A DNA stretch of 64,000 nt from Macrostomum lignano (lineage: Eukaryota), in assembly GCA_002269645.1 (NCBI GenBank), contig NIVC01000677.1, positions 434,001 to 498,000 of the forward strand, written 5' to 3'. Positions 47,591 through 59,900 of this stretch are shown here, in pieces. A program made the position numbers and the translations under genes. Each line of letters begins with the position of its first letter. Position 1 is the first letter of the stretch. Below the pieces are notes generated by a model. The model had not been told where the DNA came from, did no database searches, and saw nothing but the letters and a program-made list of their open reading frames with translations.

Positions 47591-48205
47591 GCTGTGGCTC
47601 TGAGTCGGAGCCAGATCTACAGTACAGTTCATGCAACAGCACGTAACCTGGGCCATCTTTCATAATCCTGGGCCTAATCCGTTTTCATAATCAATTTGTT
47701 GTTCGACCGATGAAGCATCAGATAGTGGAGCACTCTCAGTCTTTAGTTTAGAAAATACGTCGCCTGCAGGCATAACTTGCGGCCTTGATGGACCGGCCTG
47801 GACTCTTGACGCTGCTCTGCCCCATCAATCACGCGCGCTACAGGACGCGATCTCAAATCATACTCCGCTTGACAGCTGATATGGGCTAGCCAGTTCCACT
47901 GAAGCCATGCCTGTGCCTGGTCAGGGTGCCAAATAATTCTGTTGCTAGCCGGGGTGTTGATTCCGCTGATACTATGAGCATTGCATTGTAATGGGCATTA
48001 GCGCATATAATTCCTGCATACTAATTATGGAAATCTGAGCTCTGATAGCACTCTGCGTCAGAGTGTCAGTTCTGATTCGCGCATCATGGGCTCAAACTGA
48101 TCGTGATTTGGCTAATAAATTAGCAACTTATGAATACATAGCTTGAAGAGTAAACGCATTGCTTTGCAATCAATTTCGATTTTTATCAATTGATTTTTAA
48201 CTGCG

Positions 48206-48820
48206 AAGCCACCTCACCCCCTGCCCAGCCACCTCACCCCCTGCCCAGCCACCTCACTTCCTGCCCAACCACCTCACTCCCTGCCCAACCACCTCACTCC
48301 CTGCCCAACCACCTCACTCCCTGCCCAACCACCTCACCCCCTGCCCAGCCACCTCACCCCCTGCCCAGCCACCTCACTTCCTGCCCAGCCACCTCACTCC
48401 CTGCCCAACCACCTCACTCCCTGCCCAACCACCTCACTCCCTGCTCAACCACCTCACTCCCTGCCCAACCACCTCACCCCCTGCCCAGCCACCTCACTTC
48501 CTGCCCAACCACCTCACTCCCTGCCCAACCACCTCACTTCCTGCCCAGCCACCTCACTCCCTGCCCAACCACCTCACTCCCTGCTCAACCACCTCACTCC
48601 CTGCCCAACCACCTCACCCCTGCCCAGCCACCTCACTTCCTGCCCAACCACCTCACTCCCTGCCCAGCCACCTCACTCCCTGCCCAGCCACCTCACTCCC
48701 TGCCCAACCACCTCACCCCCTGCCCAACCACCTCACCCCCTGCCCAACCACCTCACTCCCTGCCCAACCACCTCACTCCCTGCCCAACCACCTCGCTCCC
48801 TGCCCAACCACCTCACTCCC
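48206..48820. repeat. 20-bp C-rich minisatellite
   Basis: Unit CACCTCACTCCCTGCCCA(A/G)C. Confidence 0.95.
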
Positions 48821-48936
48821 TTCAGAAATACATGCTCAGTGATCAACTTTCGTAATGAAAAGTCTACATAGACACGGCAACACAGACGCACACCAATAGC
48901 ACACGCACTGCCGCTACCCCACTGCCAAAATCGCAG

Positions 48937-49672
48937 CTTCTCAGCGGAGAACATCAGCGACTACGTGACCGCCGACGCTCTACCCGCCTACGCCCGGCTG
49001 CTGTCGGCCAACCACGCCCTGGTGCACACAATCGTCTTCGCACTGCAGGGTCCCCTACCGGCCGGTCTGGCGCTGCTGCTCTCGCTGATCATCGCCGTCC
49101 ACCTCGTGTTCCTGCGCCGCAGCCCGCAGGCCTGGTCAGTCAGCGACGCCGCCGATGCCGCGCCAGCGCAGCCAGCGTCGACGCCGAGCGACCGGCTGTC
49201 GAGACGCGCCGCCGGCCGAGTCCTACTTGTTGCCATCGCCTTCGCCGCCTGCGAGCTGCCGACGGCCACCCTGGCCGTGCTGGACATCAACGGCGAGGAG
49301 ACCAGCGGCGTGGTGCTGACCAGACTGCTCGGCAACCTGCTGGTACTGGCGGACTCCTACTGCAACCTGGCCCTCATCGCCCTGACCAACAGGAAGTTCC
49401 TGCGCCAGGCCGGCAGAATCCTGAGCTGCCGGTGCCGCAGGCGAGTCGAAGAGCCGCGCGGCCGCGGAGCCACCCGCAGCGAAGCCAACGGCGGCGCCGA
49501 CGCACCGGTTTGGCTTCGTCAGCGGAGGCGCTGGTCGGCGGCCGTCGACGGTCACGACGCTGACAATCCAGGAGGTCTCGAAGGCGGAGCTGCTGTACCG
49601 ATGGTGGCGAGGGAATCCGCGGCGCCAATGATTGGCTCGTCTCTGCGAGGCACCATCGTGTGCCGGGTCTGA
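48937..49672 (+). CDS. rhodopsin-class GPCR exon 2 (TM5-TM7); spliced 428 aa
   Basis: Acceptor CGCAG 48932-48936 restores the frame (CG|C). TM5 FALQGPLPAGLALLLSLII, TM6 AIAFAACELP, TM7 GNLLVLADSYCNLALIALTNRKF. Confidence 0.8.
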
Positions 49673-49883
49673 CTGGCTGTCCAGTCCCTGTTTACCGGTT
49701 TCAATTTGCACATTTGCATCACCCTGCGAAATTTTGCATTCCAATGCCGCTCTGTAAGAAGGTGAATTTTATGCTTTGTGGATCGCGAGTCGTAAAGCGT
49801 GATGCTGTCGATGAAAAACTGTCAATATCCTGAATTCTCTATGACTCAAGCTGCCTCAAACATGAACTTTCTATGACCTGAAC

Positions 49884-50350
49884 TGTCTATGACCCAAACT
49901 GTCTATTACCCAAACTGTCTATTACCCAAACTGTCTATCACCCAAACTGTCTATCACCCAAACTGTCTATCACCCAAACTGTCTATCACCCAAACTGTCT
50001 ATCACCCAAACTGTCTATCACCCAAACTGTCTATGACCCAAACTGCCTATCACCCAAACTGTCTATCACCCAAACTGTCTATCACCCAAACTGTTTATCA
50101 CCCAAACTGTCTATCACCCAAACTGTCTATCACCCAAACTGTCTATCACCCAAACTGTCTATGACCCAAACTGCCTATCACCCAAACTGTCTATCACCCA
50201 AACTGTCTATCACCCAAACTGTCTATCACCCAAACTGTCTATCACCCAAACTGTCTATCACCCAAACTGTCTATCACCCAAACTGTCTATGAGATCCAAA
50301 CTGCCTATGAGATCCAAAATGTCTATGAGACCCAAACTGTCTATGACCTA
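49884..50350. repeat. 16-bp minisatellite
   Basis: Unit CCCAAACTGTCTAT(C/G)A. Confidence 0.95.
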
Positions 50351-51164
50351 AACTGTTTATCCCCAAACTGTGCATGGCGCAAACTATCGATGACCCGAAC
50401 TGGCTAGCGCTATGACCCAAACTACTTCAAGTATGTATGTTTCAAATTGACTTTACCCTGAAATGTATCGTAGTCTATACGTCGTATATATCTACAAATG
50501 TATATATAGATTTCAAGTTATCTCTGACCCGAACTATGTATTACGACTCAAACTACCTATGACTGAATCAAAATTTAAAGGACACAAACTTTATCGTTAT
50601 AAATTTAAACTGATGCATCAACAAACACTACTGTACATCTACGATCTCCACTTTCTGGTTATCAATTTTCAATTTACGCTATTTTGACGGAAGAGAAACA
50701 TTTCTGCTAAAATGATCAGCCTACATGTTGCATTTCCGCATGCAAAAACCTCACTCACTCAGCCGCAGATATCTGATAGGGATTTGTGTAAGAATTCTGA
50801 TCTCGGCACTGGATAGCAGAAAGTACTTCCTTCCCCCGCTGCCAGGAGACCGCTCTTGCATAATCTAATCAGGGTGAGGTGGAGGACGACCGAGATCCCA
50901 TTTGGGATTTCCAGAACGCCAGCAATCCTTCTCGAGGACAGAAGCTTTCAAGAGTGAGCGCAGAGCCGCACCCGAATCCAATTTTCTGCAACATTTATTG
51001 CACAGCCGGCTTAAAGTATCGCCACAGTGGATGCAGGTGACGCTGCTTGGTGCAGCTGGGTAATTATTGATTCCTAACATTTGATTCCTAACCACTGCCT
51101 CTTCGATATTCTGCGTGCTCGGTTGATTTAGGCTAAAAACACCTGGCCTTGCTATGGGCTTCTG

Positions 51165-51320
51165 ATGAACTCCCTGACACCCCTACTATGGCGACTGATA
51201 AACTCCCTGACACCCCTGCTATGGCTCCTGATCAACTCCCTGACACCCCTACTATGGCTCCTGATCAACTCCCTGACACCCCTACTATGGCTCCTGATCA
51301 ACTACCTGACACCCCTACTG
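51165..51320. repeat. 33-bp tandem repeat (~4.5 copies)
   Basis: Unit TGATCAACTCCCTGACACCCCTACTATGGCTCC. Confidence 0.9.
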
Positions 51321-51514
51321 ACATCTAATCATGTAAAATCGACTTCCAAATTAATAAACACATTGTCTGCAGAATAATATCATGCCCATATATAATATTT
51401 AATAACGGTGTCTTGTGAGCTCAATAAACGCGGTGTGCAGTTTAACATCGGTTTGAAAAGTTCACAAACTTTTGAGATCGCATACATCCTCAGGGAGACA
51501 CGCCCGGTTCTTCG

Positions 51515-52040
51515 GTGTGCTGCCCCTCTTCCCCAGTCTCTCTGTGTGCTGCCCCTCTCCCCCAGTCTCTCTGTGTGCTGCCCCTCTTCCCCAGTCTCTC
51601 TGTGTGCTGCCCCTCTCCCCCAGTCTCTCTGTGTGCTGCCCCTCTCCCCCAGTCTCTCTGTGTGCTGCCCCTCTCCCCCAGTCTCTCTGTGTGCTGCCCC
51701 TCTCCCCCAGTCTCTCTGTGGGCTGCCCCTCTCCCCCAGTCTCTCTGTGTGCTGCCCCTCTCCCCCAGTCTCTCTGTGTGCTGCCCCTCTCCCCCAGTCT
51801 CTCTGTGTGCTGCCCCTCTCCCCCAGTCTCTCTGTGTGCTGCCCCTATCCCCCAGTCTCTCTGTGTGCTGCCCCTCTCCCCCAGTCTCTCTGTGGGCTGC
51901 CCCTCTCCCCCAGTCTCTCTGTGGGCTGCCCCTCTCCCCCAGTCTCTCTGTGTGCTGCCCCTCTCCCCCATTCTCTGTAGGCTGCCCCTCTCCCCCAGTC
52001 TCTCTGTGGGCTGCCCCTCTCCCCCAGTCTCTGTAGGCTG
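51515..52040. repeat. 29-bp minisatellite
   Basis: Unit GTGCTGCCCCTCTCCCCCAGTCTCTCTGT. Confidence 0.95.
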
Positions 52041-52632
52041 CCGCATTCATTCTATAAAGTCGTGCAAAATTGAGGATAATAAAAAATCCTGATTGCGTAA
52101 TTGCTGTAGTATCTAAGGCACTAATTAAATTTCATAAATAGACAGTTTCGAATAATATATAAGAATACACTGAGCTACACAAGCCTACTCAGCAATAGCC
52201 AAAACTCCCAAACTCAGGCACAAAAGTTTAACAATGCCAATGGTGATTGGGTAGCCTGTGAAGAAACCACCAGAATTCAATTTGAGTGGCGTCACTCATT
52301 GTAGCATCAGGGGCGTAGCGGGGTGCAAAAACACCAGGGGCGTCAGCACCAGAGGCGCCAGCACCAGAGGCGCCAGCACCAGAGGCCCCAGCACCAGAGG
52401 GGCCAGCACCAGAGGCGCCAGAGACCTTTGTCCGCCGAATGGAGGGAAGAGACTGATCCTGTGTGGCATACTGATCAGCCAGCTTGATAAACTAATGTGC
52501 AGCTGAGTCACCAATAATGGCATTGCTCAGCTTCTGCGCCAAGCTAAGAGTGGATAGTTTAGCAATTGCAAAATTCCAATATTGTAAGTTTCGACTTTCC
52601 AAGTTCACATTGCAAAAATCGCAGGCCAATGA

Positions 52633-52634
<2 letters not shown>

Positions 52635-52692
<58 letters not shown>
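52635..52692. repeat. (CT)n microsatellite abutting the iGluR stop codon
   Basis: Direct reading. Confidence 0.95.
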
Positions 52693-52934
52693 AGAAGATG
52701 ACCGCATCCAGCGGCGACTTCTTCAGGCCGCGAGTCCAAAGCAGCTCAAGCAGCAGGATTAGCAGGCCGCAGGTGTACAGGCAGCCGGTCACAATGTACG
52801 CTCCGGCGACTCCGTCCATTTTAATGGGGTCCGCCTCGGCTGTGACGTCAGAAAACACGCATTCGGGATTCCTACGCGGAAAGTACTTCAGGTTGAGTAA
52901 ATTTAGGATGCCAGATTCCTGGGACTTTTCCAGC
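52691..52934 (-). CDS. ionotropic glutamate receptor, last exon (S2 end, M4, C-tail ...DAVIF*)
   Basis: Acceptor CAG at 52937-52935, phase 2; LEKSQESGILNLLNLKYF..C, M4 GVAGAYIVTGCLYTCGLLILLLELLW, stop TAG 52693-52691. Confidence 0.88.
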
Positions 52935-53588
52935 CTGCGAGGTTTGGGGTAGGGAGATTTGATTGAGTATAGATCAGACTAGCAATCCTAATTATATTCC
53001 CACTAAGTAACTCCTTCCTCGAGTCTTAGAGGACAAACGGATAGAGTGTTGTAGCTTTATCTAGAGCTCAGATTATTGTTAAACAAAATAAGCAATACGT
53101 AGCATAGACAATCATTTACGAAGACGAGAGCCAGACGAACTCAAAGGAACGGAGCGCTCCACAATGTCATAAACAGCTGAGTAGGACTCCAGCGAGGCAG
53201 GCTCAAGGCTCAGCAGAGACGTAAATCATGACAGATACGATGGCACGAAAAGGCCGCTATTAAATCAGGGCAGACAGAGATTGGGTCCAGACTTTTCATT
53301 TGCCCGAGCAATCATTGCTTGAGAGCTTGGGTGCGAATTAATGAGAAGGGCAAATCAGATTTGGATGCGGTAAGTGAGTACGGAGAGTAAAGAGAACTTA
53401 TGCGACAATAACAGTGCCTTTTTTCCTTGATTGTATGATTGTATGAGCGATGCATGATTAATTCAGCCGGAAACAGGCTCAGAGACAATCTGATAAGACC
53501 GCCAGTATGTCCTGATGATATTTTTATCGCCAAGCCAATCACTGACTCCCGTCGGATGGAAATGGATAGAACTTGGAATTCCTCGTCA

Positions 53589-53735
53589 CAGCCAATCAGT
53601 GACTGGAGAGGGACAGGAGTTGAACTTATTCTACAGCCAAGCAGCGACTGGAGAGGGACAGGAGTGGAACTTATTCGTCAGCCAATCAGCGACTGGAAGG
53701 GGACAGGAGTTTAATCTCTTCGTCAGCCAATCAGC
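53589..53735. repeat. 45-bp tandem repeat x4 containing CAGCCAA(T)
   Basis: CAGCCAA at 53589, 53634, 53679, 53724. Confidence 0.85.
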
Positions 53736-53764
53736 GCTAATCACCTAGAACCCATTAGACTATA

Positions 53765-53945
53765 CGCAGGATGGCTGTGGGCACCCTGGCGCAACACCAT
53801 CGTCCCACAACCAGCACTGAGAGCAATTCTGAGCACATACGAACTACACAAGCTCACACAGGGTGTACCACGGCCCTGACTTTCTAATCGTCAGTCGTGT
53901 ACACTTTCTGCGCCTTGGGGGTTGGTCCTCATGTGTGAATCGGCT
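53765..53945 (-). mobile_element. SINE family A, partial
   Basis: Reverse complement CCAACCCCCAAGGCGCAG...AAAGTCAGGGCCGTGGTACACCCTG...GTGCTCAG...TTGCGCCAGGGTGC. Confidence 0.65.
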
Positions 53946-54089
53946 AAGTTTTTGTGCATACGCTCTAAATGAATATGTTTGCGCATTCGAAACATGGGGG
54001 TCGTGGCGCGAGAGCCAGACGCGTTTACAGAAAATTTCGCGTAAAATTTTTCCAAATGTACTTTTATTTCAATGCAGGCGGAGACTTAC

Positions 54090-54262
54090 ATAAAATCGAA
54101 GGCCCGACCGTAGAATGCGTCCTTAGGGTAGGCGAAGCTGAGAAAGTACGGACTGAACACTTCATCTGCTACATACAGCTCATTGCAATAGTTATTGTAA
54201 TAGTACGAGTTCACGTTCTGGTCAGTGATGCACACCTTGTAGGGATCAGGGTCGTCAAGCAG
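54090..54262 (-). CDS. iGluR exon (S2)
   Basis: LLDDPDPYKVCITDQNVNSYYY..C...FLSFAYPKD; TTTCAG acceptor and GTAAGT donor; phases 0/2. Confidence 0.88.
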
Positions 54263-54305
54263 CTGAAATGACGGAGGGCAAGGTGCCGATTATATTCTCT
54301 GCCTC

Positions 54306-55160
54306 ACTGTGAGATTCTCATATCTAACAGCCCAATCTCAGCTGTGAGATTCTCATATCTAACAGCTGAATCTCAGCTGTGAGATTCTCATATCTAACGG
54401 CCCAATCTCAGCTGTGGGATTCTCATATCTACCCGCTGAATCTTAGCTGTGAGATTCTCATATTTACCCGCTGAATCTCAGCTGTGAGATTCTCATATCT
54501 ACCAGCTGAATCTCAGCTGTGAGATTCTCATATCTACCAGCTGAATCTCAGCTGTGAGATTCTCATATCTACCAGCTGAATCTCAGCTGTGAGATTCTCA
54601 TATCTACCAGCTGAATCTCAGCTGTGAGATTCTCATATCTACCAGCTGAATCTCAGCTGTGAGATTCTCATATCTAACGGCCCAATCTCAGCTGTGGGAT
54701 TCTCATATCTACCCGCTGAATCTTAGCTGTGAGATTCTCATATTTACCCGCTGAATCTCAGCTGTGAGATTCTCATATCTAACAGCCCAATCTCAGCTGT
54801 GAGATTCTCATATCTAACGGCCCAATCTCAGCTGTGGGATTCTCATATCTACCCGCTGAATCTTAGCTGTGAGATTCTCATATTTACCCGCTGAATCTCA
54901 GCTGTGAGATTCTCATATCTAACAGCCCAATCTCAGCTGTGAGATTCTCATATCTAACGGCCCAATCTCAGCTGTGGGATTCTCATATCTACCCGCTGAA
55001 TCTTAGCTGTGAGATTCTCATATTTACCCGCTGAATCTCAGCTGTGAGATTCTCATATTTACCCGCTGAATCTCAGCTGTGAGATTCTCATATTTACCCG
55101 CTGAATCTCAGCTGTGGGATTCTCATATTTACCCGCTGAATCTCAGCTGTGAGATTCCCA
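54306..55160. repeat. 35-bp minisatellite (~24 copies) in iGluR intron
   Basis: Unit GCTGTGAGATTCTCATATCTACCAGCTGAATCTCA and variants. Confidence 0.95.
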
Positions 55161-55192
55161 TCCCATCGCACTGAAGAACCCACACCACTCAC

Positions 55193-55398
55193 AGTTCGAG
55201 CGCAGATCTGCATGGTGTCCACCGCCACCATTTGACGCTGCAGCTCAAAGTATGGCCCAGAAGTTGACAACGTAATGAGCGCGTGGATGTTGGTTCCCTT
55301 GGCAACCAGCACCTTGTACTGCGGATTAGCCACCAAGTCGTTTAAGCCACGGATTTTCACTGGAGTCACCGAGACGGTAAGGTAGGCGGTAAGGTTGC
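55193..55398 (-). CDS. iGluR exon (M3 end, S2 start)
   Basis: G|GC completes SYTGNLTAYLT; IRGLNDLV..Q..KGTN; GTGAGT donor. Confidence 0.9.
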
Positions 55399-55640
55399 CT
55401 GAAAAGAAATTTTGCACTAATAATAAAAAACTAGCTGTTTTACTAATAGTAGCAAACGCAGGTACAGAATGCTACGGTAGTCCGGCGGGCAGGCAAAGTT
55501 CTGGCGAAATTCCAGCTGTTCCTGGTTGTAGCGCATCTTTCCTAAGTAGTATTTCATGAATTTGTCTCTGGCGAAACCTCATTCAGCGCTGTGCAAAATA
55601 GCCAATCTTTTTATTTGAAATGAATTTGCTTTCAATCACA

Positions 55641-55920
55641 AGGGTTGTAGCCTAGGGGTTAGTGCGTCGGACTCACGACTTGGAAGGTCGTGGGCTCGAT
55701 TCCTGTCATACTGAAACAATTTGTATCCTTAAGCAAGACACTTAACTCTGCATTGCTTCAGTTCACCCAGCTATAAAATGGGTGCCAGCATTAGCTGGGG
55801 TAATTGAGGGTGCGTGTGGAGACCCCCCCCCCATCCTTGGACTGAACAGCCGTACACAGCCTTCAGATGCGCCGCGCAATAGTTGCGGCTGAGCTGTCGG
55901 TTGCACATCTGCCCACTAGC
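55641..55920 (+). mobile_element. CORE-like tRNA-SINE, family B
   Basis: Head AGGGTTGTAGCCTAGGGGTTAG...GGCTCGATTCC; core TTAAGCAAGACACTTAACTCTGCATTGCTTCAGTTCACCCAGCTATAAAATGGG. Confidence 0.8.
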
Positions 55921-56066
55921 AGTTTTAGCATATTATAATCCATAAGGAGGACCTATTCAACATTTTCTACACAGGAGACCGACTCTTGGCCCAGCAAGCA
56001 TTTGGTAAGATGCATACACGAGACTACATACGCTGTATGCGTCCCCTGCAACCCCAATCGACATAC

Positions 56067-56481
56067 CGGTGTAGGAGCCAAACACGATGACGGTAAACAT
56101 CCACCAGAAGGCCATAACAGTTCTCGGGCTCATCGCGAACGGATAGAAGTCCTGGCCCTGCTGCAGGAAGCTGCCAACAGCTGACCAGATGTACTCCTGC
56201 AGCCAGATCTCATCGGCGATGGCGTACTCCAGCTGCAGGGTGTAGGCGGTGAAGGGGCTATAGTAAGCCAGCACGAAGGTGATGAAGGCCACAGCGAAAA
56301 GAGTCACTCCCAGCATGGCCCACAGGTCGATGGTGAACGGAGCGAAGATGTTCCACATGCGCGAGGCGGGCGGCGGCCGTTTGGCCAGGATGGTGAGGCC
56401 CGATGACGTAATGGGGACTGAGAAGTCCATGGCTGGGATGCGCAGAGTTGTGATTGCGTAAACCAGCGATATGTCCGCGTT
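56067..56481 (-). CDS. iGluR exon (S1 end, M1, pore, M3)
   Basis: NADISL..ITTLR...DFSVP, FAPFTIDLW, WSAVGSFLQQG, PRTVMAFWWMFTVIVFGSYT. Confidence 0.93.
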
Positions 56482-56598
56482 CTGGAAGCGGGTTGCGGTG
56501 GGGATGCGGCAGTTAGAGCTGGCAAGTGACAGGGTGCAGTGCGCGTCCTGGGATCACATTGAAGCATATGATTAACAGGTGTCAGTACTGGTTCTCAC

Positions 56599-56692
56599 CC
56601 CTTTCTGCAGCTCCCCAACGCAGCCAGTGAACAGGGTGGAGTTGGGAATCGGGCCACCAAACTGCAGGTCGGGCGCCTGCTTGAATATCGAT
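56599..56692 (-). CDS. iGluR exon (S1)
   Basis: APDLQFGG...FTGCVGELQKG; CAG acceptor and GTGAGA donor; phases 2/0. Confidence 0.85.
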
Positions 56693-56762
56693 CTGAAGCG
56701 CAAATCTATTGAGAAGTAGCTGAGATTGTAGGCTACCGGATCCTCGACTTTCATCAGCTTAC

Positions 56763-56869
56763 CTAAAGTTTAAATTGCGCATCAGGAAAGTGAACACGTC
56801 GACAATCTCGCCAGTCACATTGCCGCTCATATCGGGGTTCACATTGGTATAGGCGGTGAATGGTGGCAC
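56763..56869 (-). CDS. iGluR exon (S1 start)
   Basis: VPPF...GEIVDVFTFLMRNLNF; GTAAGC donor. Confidence 0.85.
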
Positions 56870-56914
56870 CTGCCGTAGGGTGTGTTAATGCGCATTTTGC
56901 ATGCCTCTGACTAC

Positions 56915-59900
56915 ATCACCTCATCCCGCATCAGGGAATCCGACAGTGGACCATCATACATCAGGGAATCCGACAGTGGACCATCCCGCATCAGGGAATC
57001 CGACAGTGGACCATCCCGCTTCAGGGAATCCGACAGTGGACCATCATACATCAGAGAATCAGACAGTGGACCATCCCGCATCAGGGAATCCGACAGTGGA
57101 CCATCATACATCAGAGAATCAGACAGTGGACCATCATACATCATGGAATCAGACAGCGGACCATTATACATCAGGGAATCAGACAGTGACGATCATACAT
57201 TATCAGGGAATCAGACAGTGGACCATCATTCATCAGGGAATCAGACAGTGGACCATCATGCATCATGGAATAAGACAGTGGACCATCATTCATCAGGGAA
57301 TCAGACAGTGGACCATCATGCATCAGGGAATCCGACAGTGGACCATCCCGCATCAGGGAATCAGACAGTGGACCATCATTCATCAGGGAATCAGACAGTG
57401 GACCATCATACATCAGGGAATCAGACAGTGACGATCATACATTATCAGGGAATCAGACAGTGGACCATCATTCATCAGGGAATCAGACAGTGGACCATCA
57501 TTCATCAGGGAATCAGACAGTGGACCATCATACATCAGGGAATCAGACAGTGGATCATTATACATCAGGGAATCAGACAGTGGACCATCATACATCAGGG
57601 AATCAGACAGTGACGATCATACATTATCAGGGAATCAGACAGTGGACCATTATACATCAGGGAATCAGACAGTGGACCATCATACATCAGGGAATCAGAC
57701 AGTGGATCATTATACATCAGGGAATCAGACAGTGGACCATCATACATCAGGGAATCAGACAGTGACGATCATACATTATCAGGGAATCCGACAGTGGACC
57801 ATCATACATCAGGGAATCAGACAGTGACGATCATACATTATCAGGGAATCAGACAGTGGACCATCATACATCAGGGAATCAGACAGTGGACCATCATACA
57901 TCAGGGAATCAGACAGTGACCATCATACATCAGGGAATCAGACAGTGGACCATCATACATCACGGAATCAGACAGTGGACCATCATACATCAGGGAATCA
58001 GACAGTGGACCATCATACATCAGGGAATCAGACAGTGGACCATCATACATCAGGGAATCAGACAGTGGACCATCATAGATCAGGGAATCAGACAGTGAAC
58101 CATCATACATCAGGGAATCAGACAGTGACGATCATACATTATCAGGGAATCAGACAGTGGACCATCATTCATCAGGGAATCAGACAGTGGACCATCATAC
58201 ATCAGGTAATCAGACAGTGACCATCATACCTGGTACATCATGGAATCAGACAGTGGACCATCATACATCAGGGAACCAGACAGTGGACCATCATACATCA
58301 GGGAATCAGACAGTGGACCATCATACATCAGGGAATCAGACAGTGACCATCATACATCAGGGAATCAGACAGTGGACCATCATACATCACGGAATCAGAC
58401 AGTGGACCATCATACATCAGGGAATCAGACAGTGGACCATCATTCATCAGGGAATCAGACAGTGGACCATCATACATCAGGGAATCAGACAGTGGACCAT
58501 CATAGATCAGGGAATCAGACAGTGAACCATCATACATCAGGGAATCAGACAGTGACGATCATACATTATCAGGGAATCAGACAGTGGACCATTATACATC
58601 AGGGAATCAGACAGTGGACCATCATACATCACGGAATCAGACAGTGGACCATCATACATCAGGGAACCAGACAGTGGACCATCATACATCAGGGAATCAG
58701 ACAGTGACGATCATACATTATCAGGGAATCAGACAGTGGACCATCATAGATCAGGGAATCAGACAGTGACGATCATACATTATCAGGGAATCAGACAGTG
58801 GACCATCATACATCAGGGAATCAGACAGTGACGATCATACATTATCAGGGAATCAGACAGTGGACCATCATACATCAGGGAATCAGACAGTGACGATCAT
58901 ACATTATCAGGGAATCAGACAGTGGACCATCATACATCAGGGAATCAGACAGTGGACCATCATAGATCAGGGAATCAGACAGTGACGATCATACATTATC
59001 AGGGAATCAGACAGTGACGATCATACATTATCAGGGAATCAGACAGTGACGATCATACATTATCAGGGAATCAGACAGTGACGATCATACATTATCAGGG
59101 AATCAGACAGTGGACCATCATAGATCAGGGAATCAGACAGTGACGATCATACATTATCAGGGAATCAGACAGTGGACCATCATACATCATGGAATCAGAC
59201 AGTGGACCATCATACATCAGGGAATCAGACAGTGACGATCATACATTATCAGGGAATCAGACAGTGGACCATCATACATCAGGGAATCAGACAGTGACGA
59301 TCATACATTATCAGGGAATCAGACAGTGGACCATCATACATCAGGGAATCAGACAGTGGACCATCATAGATCAGGGAATCAGACAGTGACGATCATACAT
59401 TATCAGGGAATCAGACAGTGACGATCATACATTATCAGGGAATCAGACAGTGGACCATCATGCATCAGGGAATCCGACAGTGGACCATCCCGCATCAGGG
59501 AATCAGACAGTGGACCATTATACATCAGGGAATCAGACAGTGGACCATCATACATCAGGGAATCAGACAGTGAACCATCATACATCAGGTAATCAGACAG
59601 TGACGATCATACATCATGGAATCAGACAGTGGACCATCATACATCATGGAATCAGACAGTGACGATCATACATCACGGAATCAGACAGTGGACCATCATA
59701 CATCAGGGAATCAGACAGTGGACCATCATACATCAGGGAATCAGACAGTGACCATCATACATCAGGGAATCAGACAGTGGACCATCATACATCAGGTAAT
59801 CAGACAGTGGACCATCATACATCAGGTAATCAGACAGTGACCATCATACATCAGGTAATCAGACAGTGACCATCATACATCAGGGAATCAGACAGTGGAC

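Noticed and set aside
50865-51095. Short ORF with CIHC...C motif resembling a LINE zinc knuckle
   Set aside because: Lacks the diagnostic His and any adjacent RT or endonuclease sequence.
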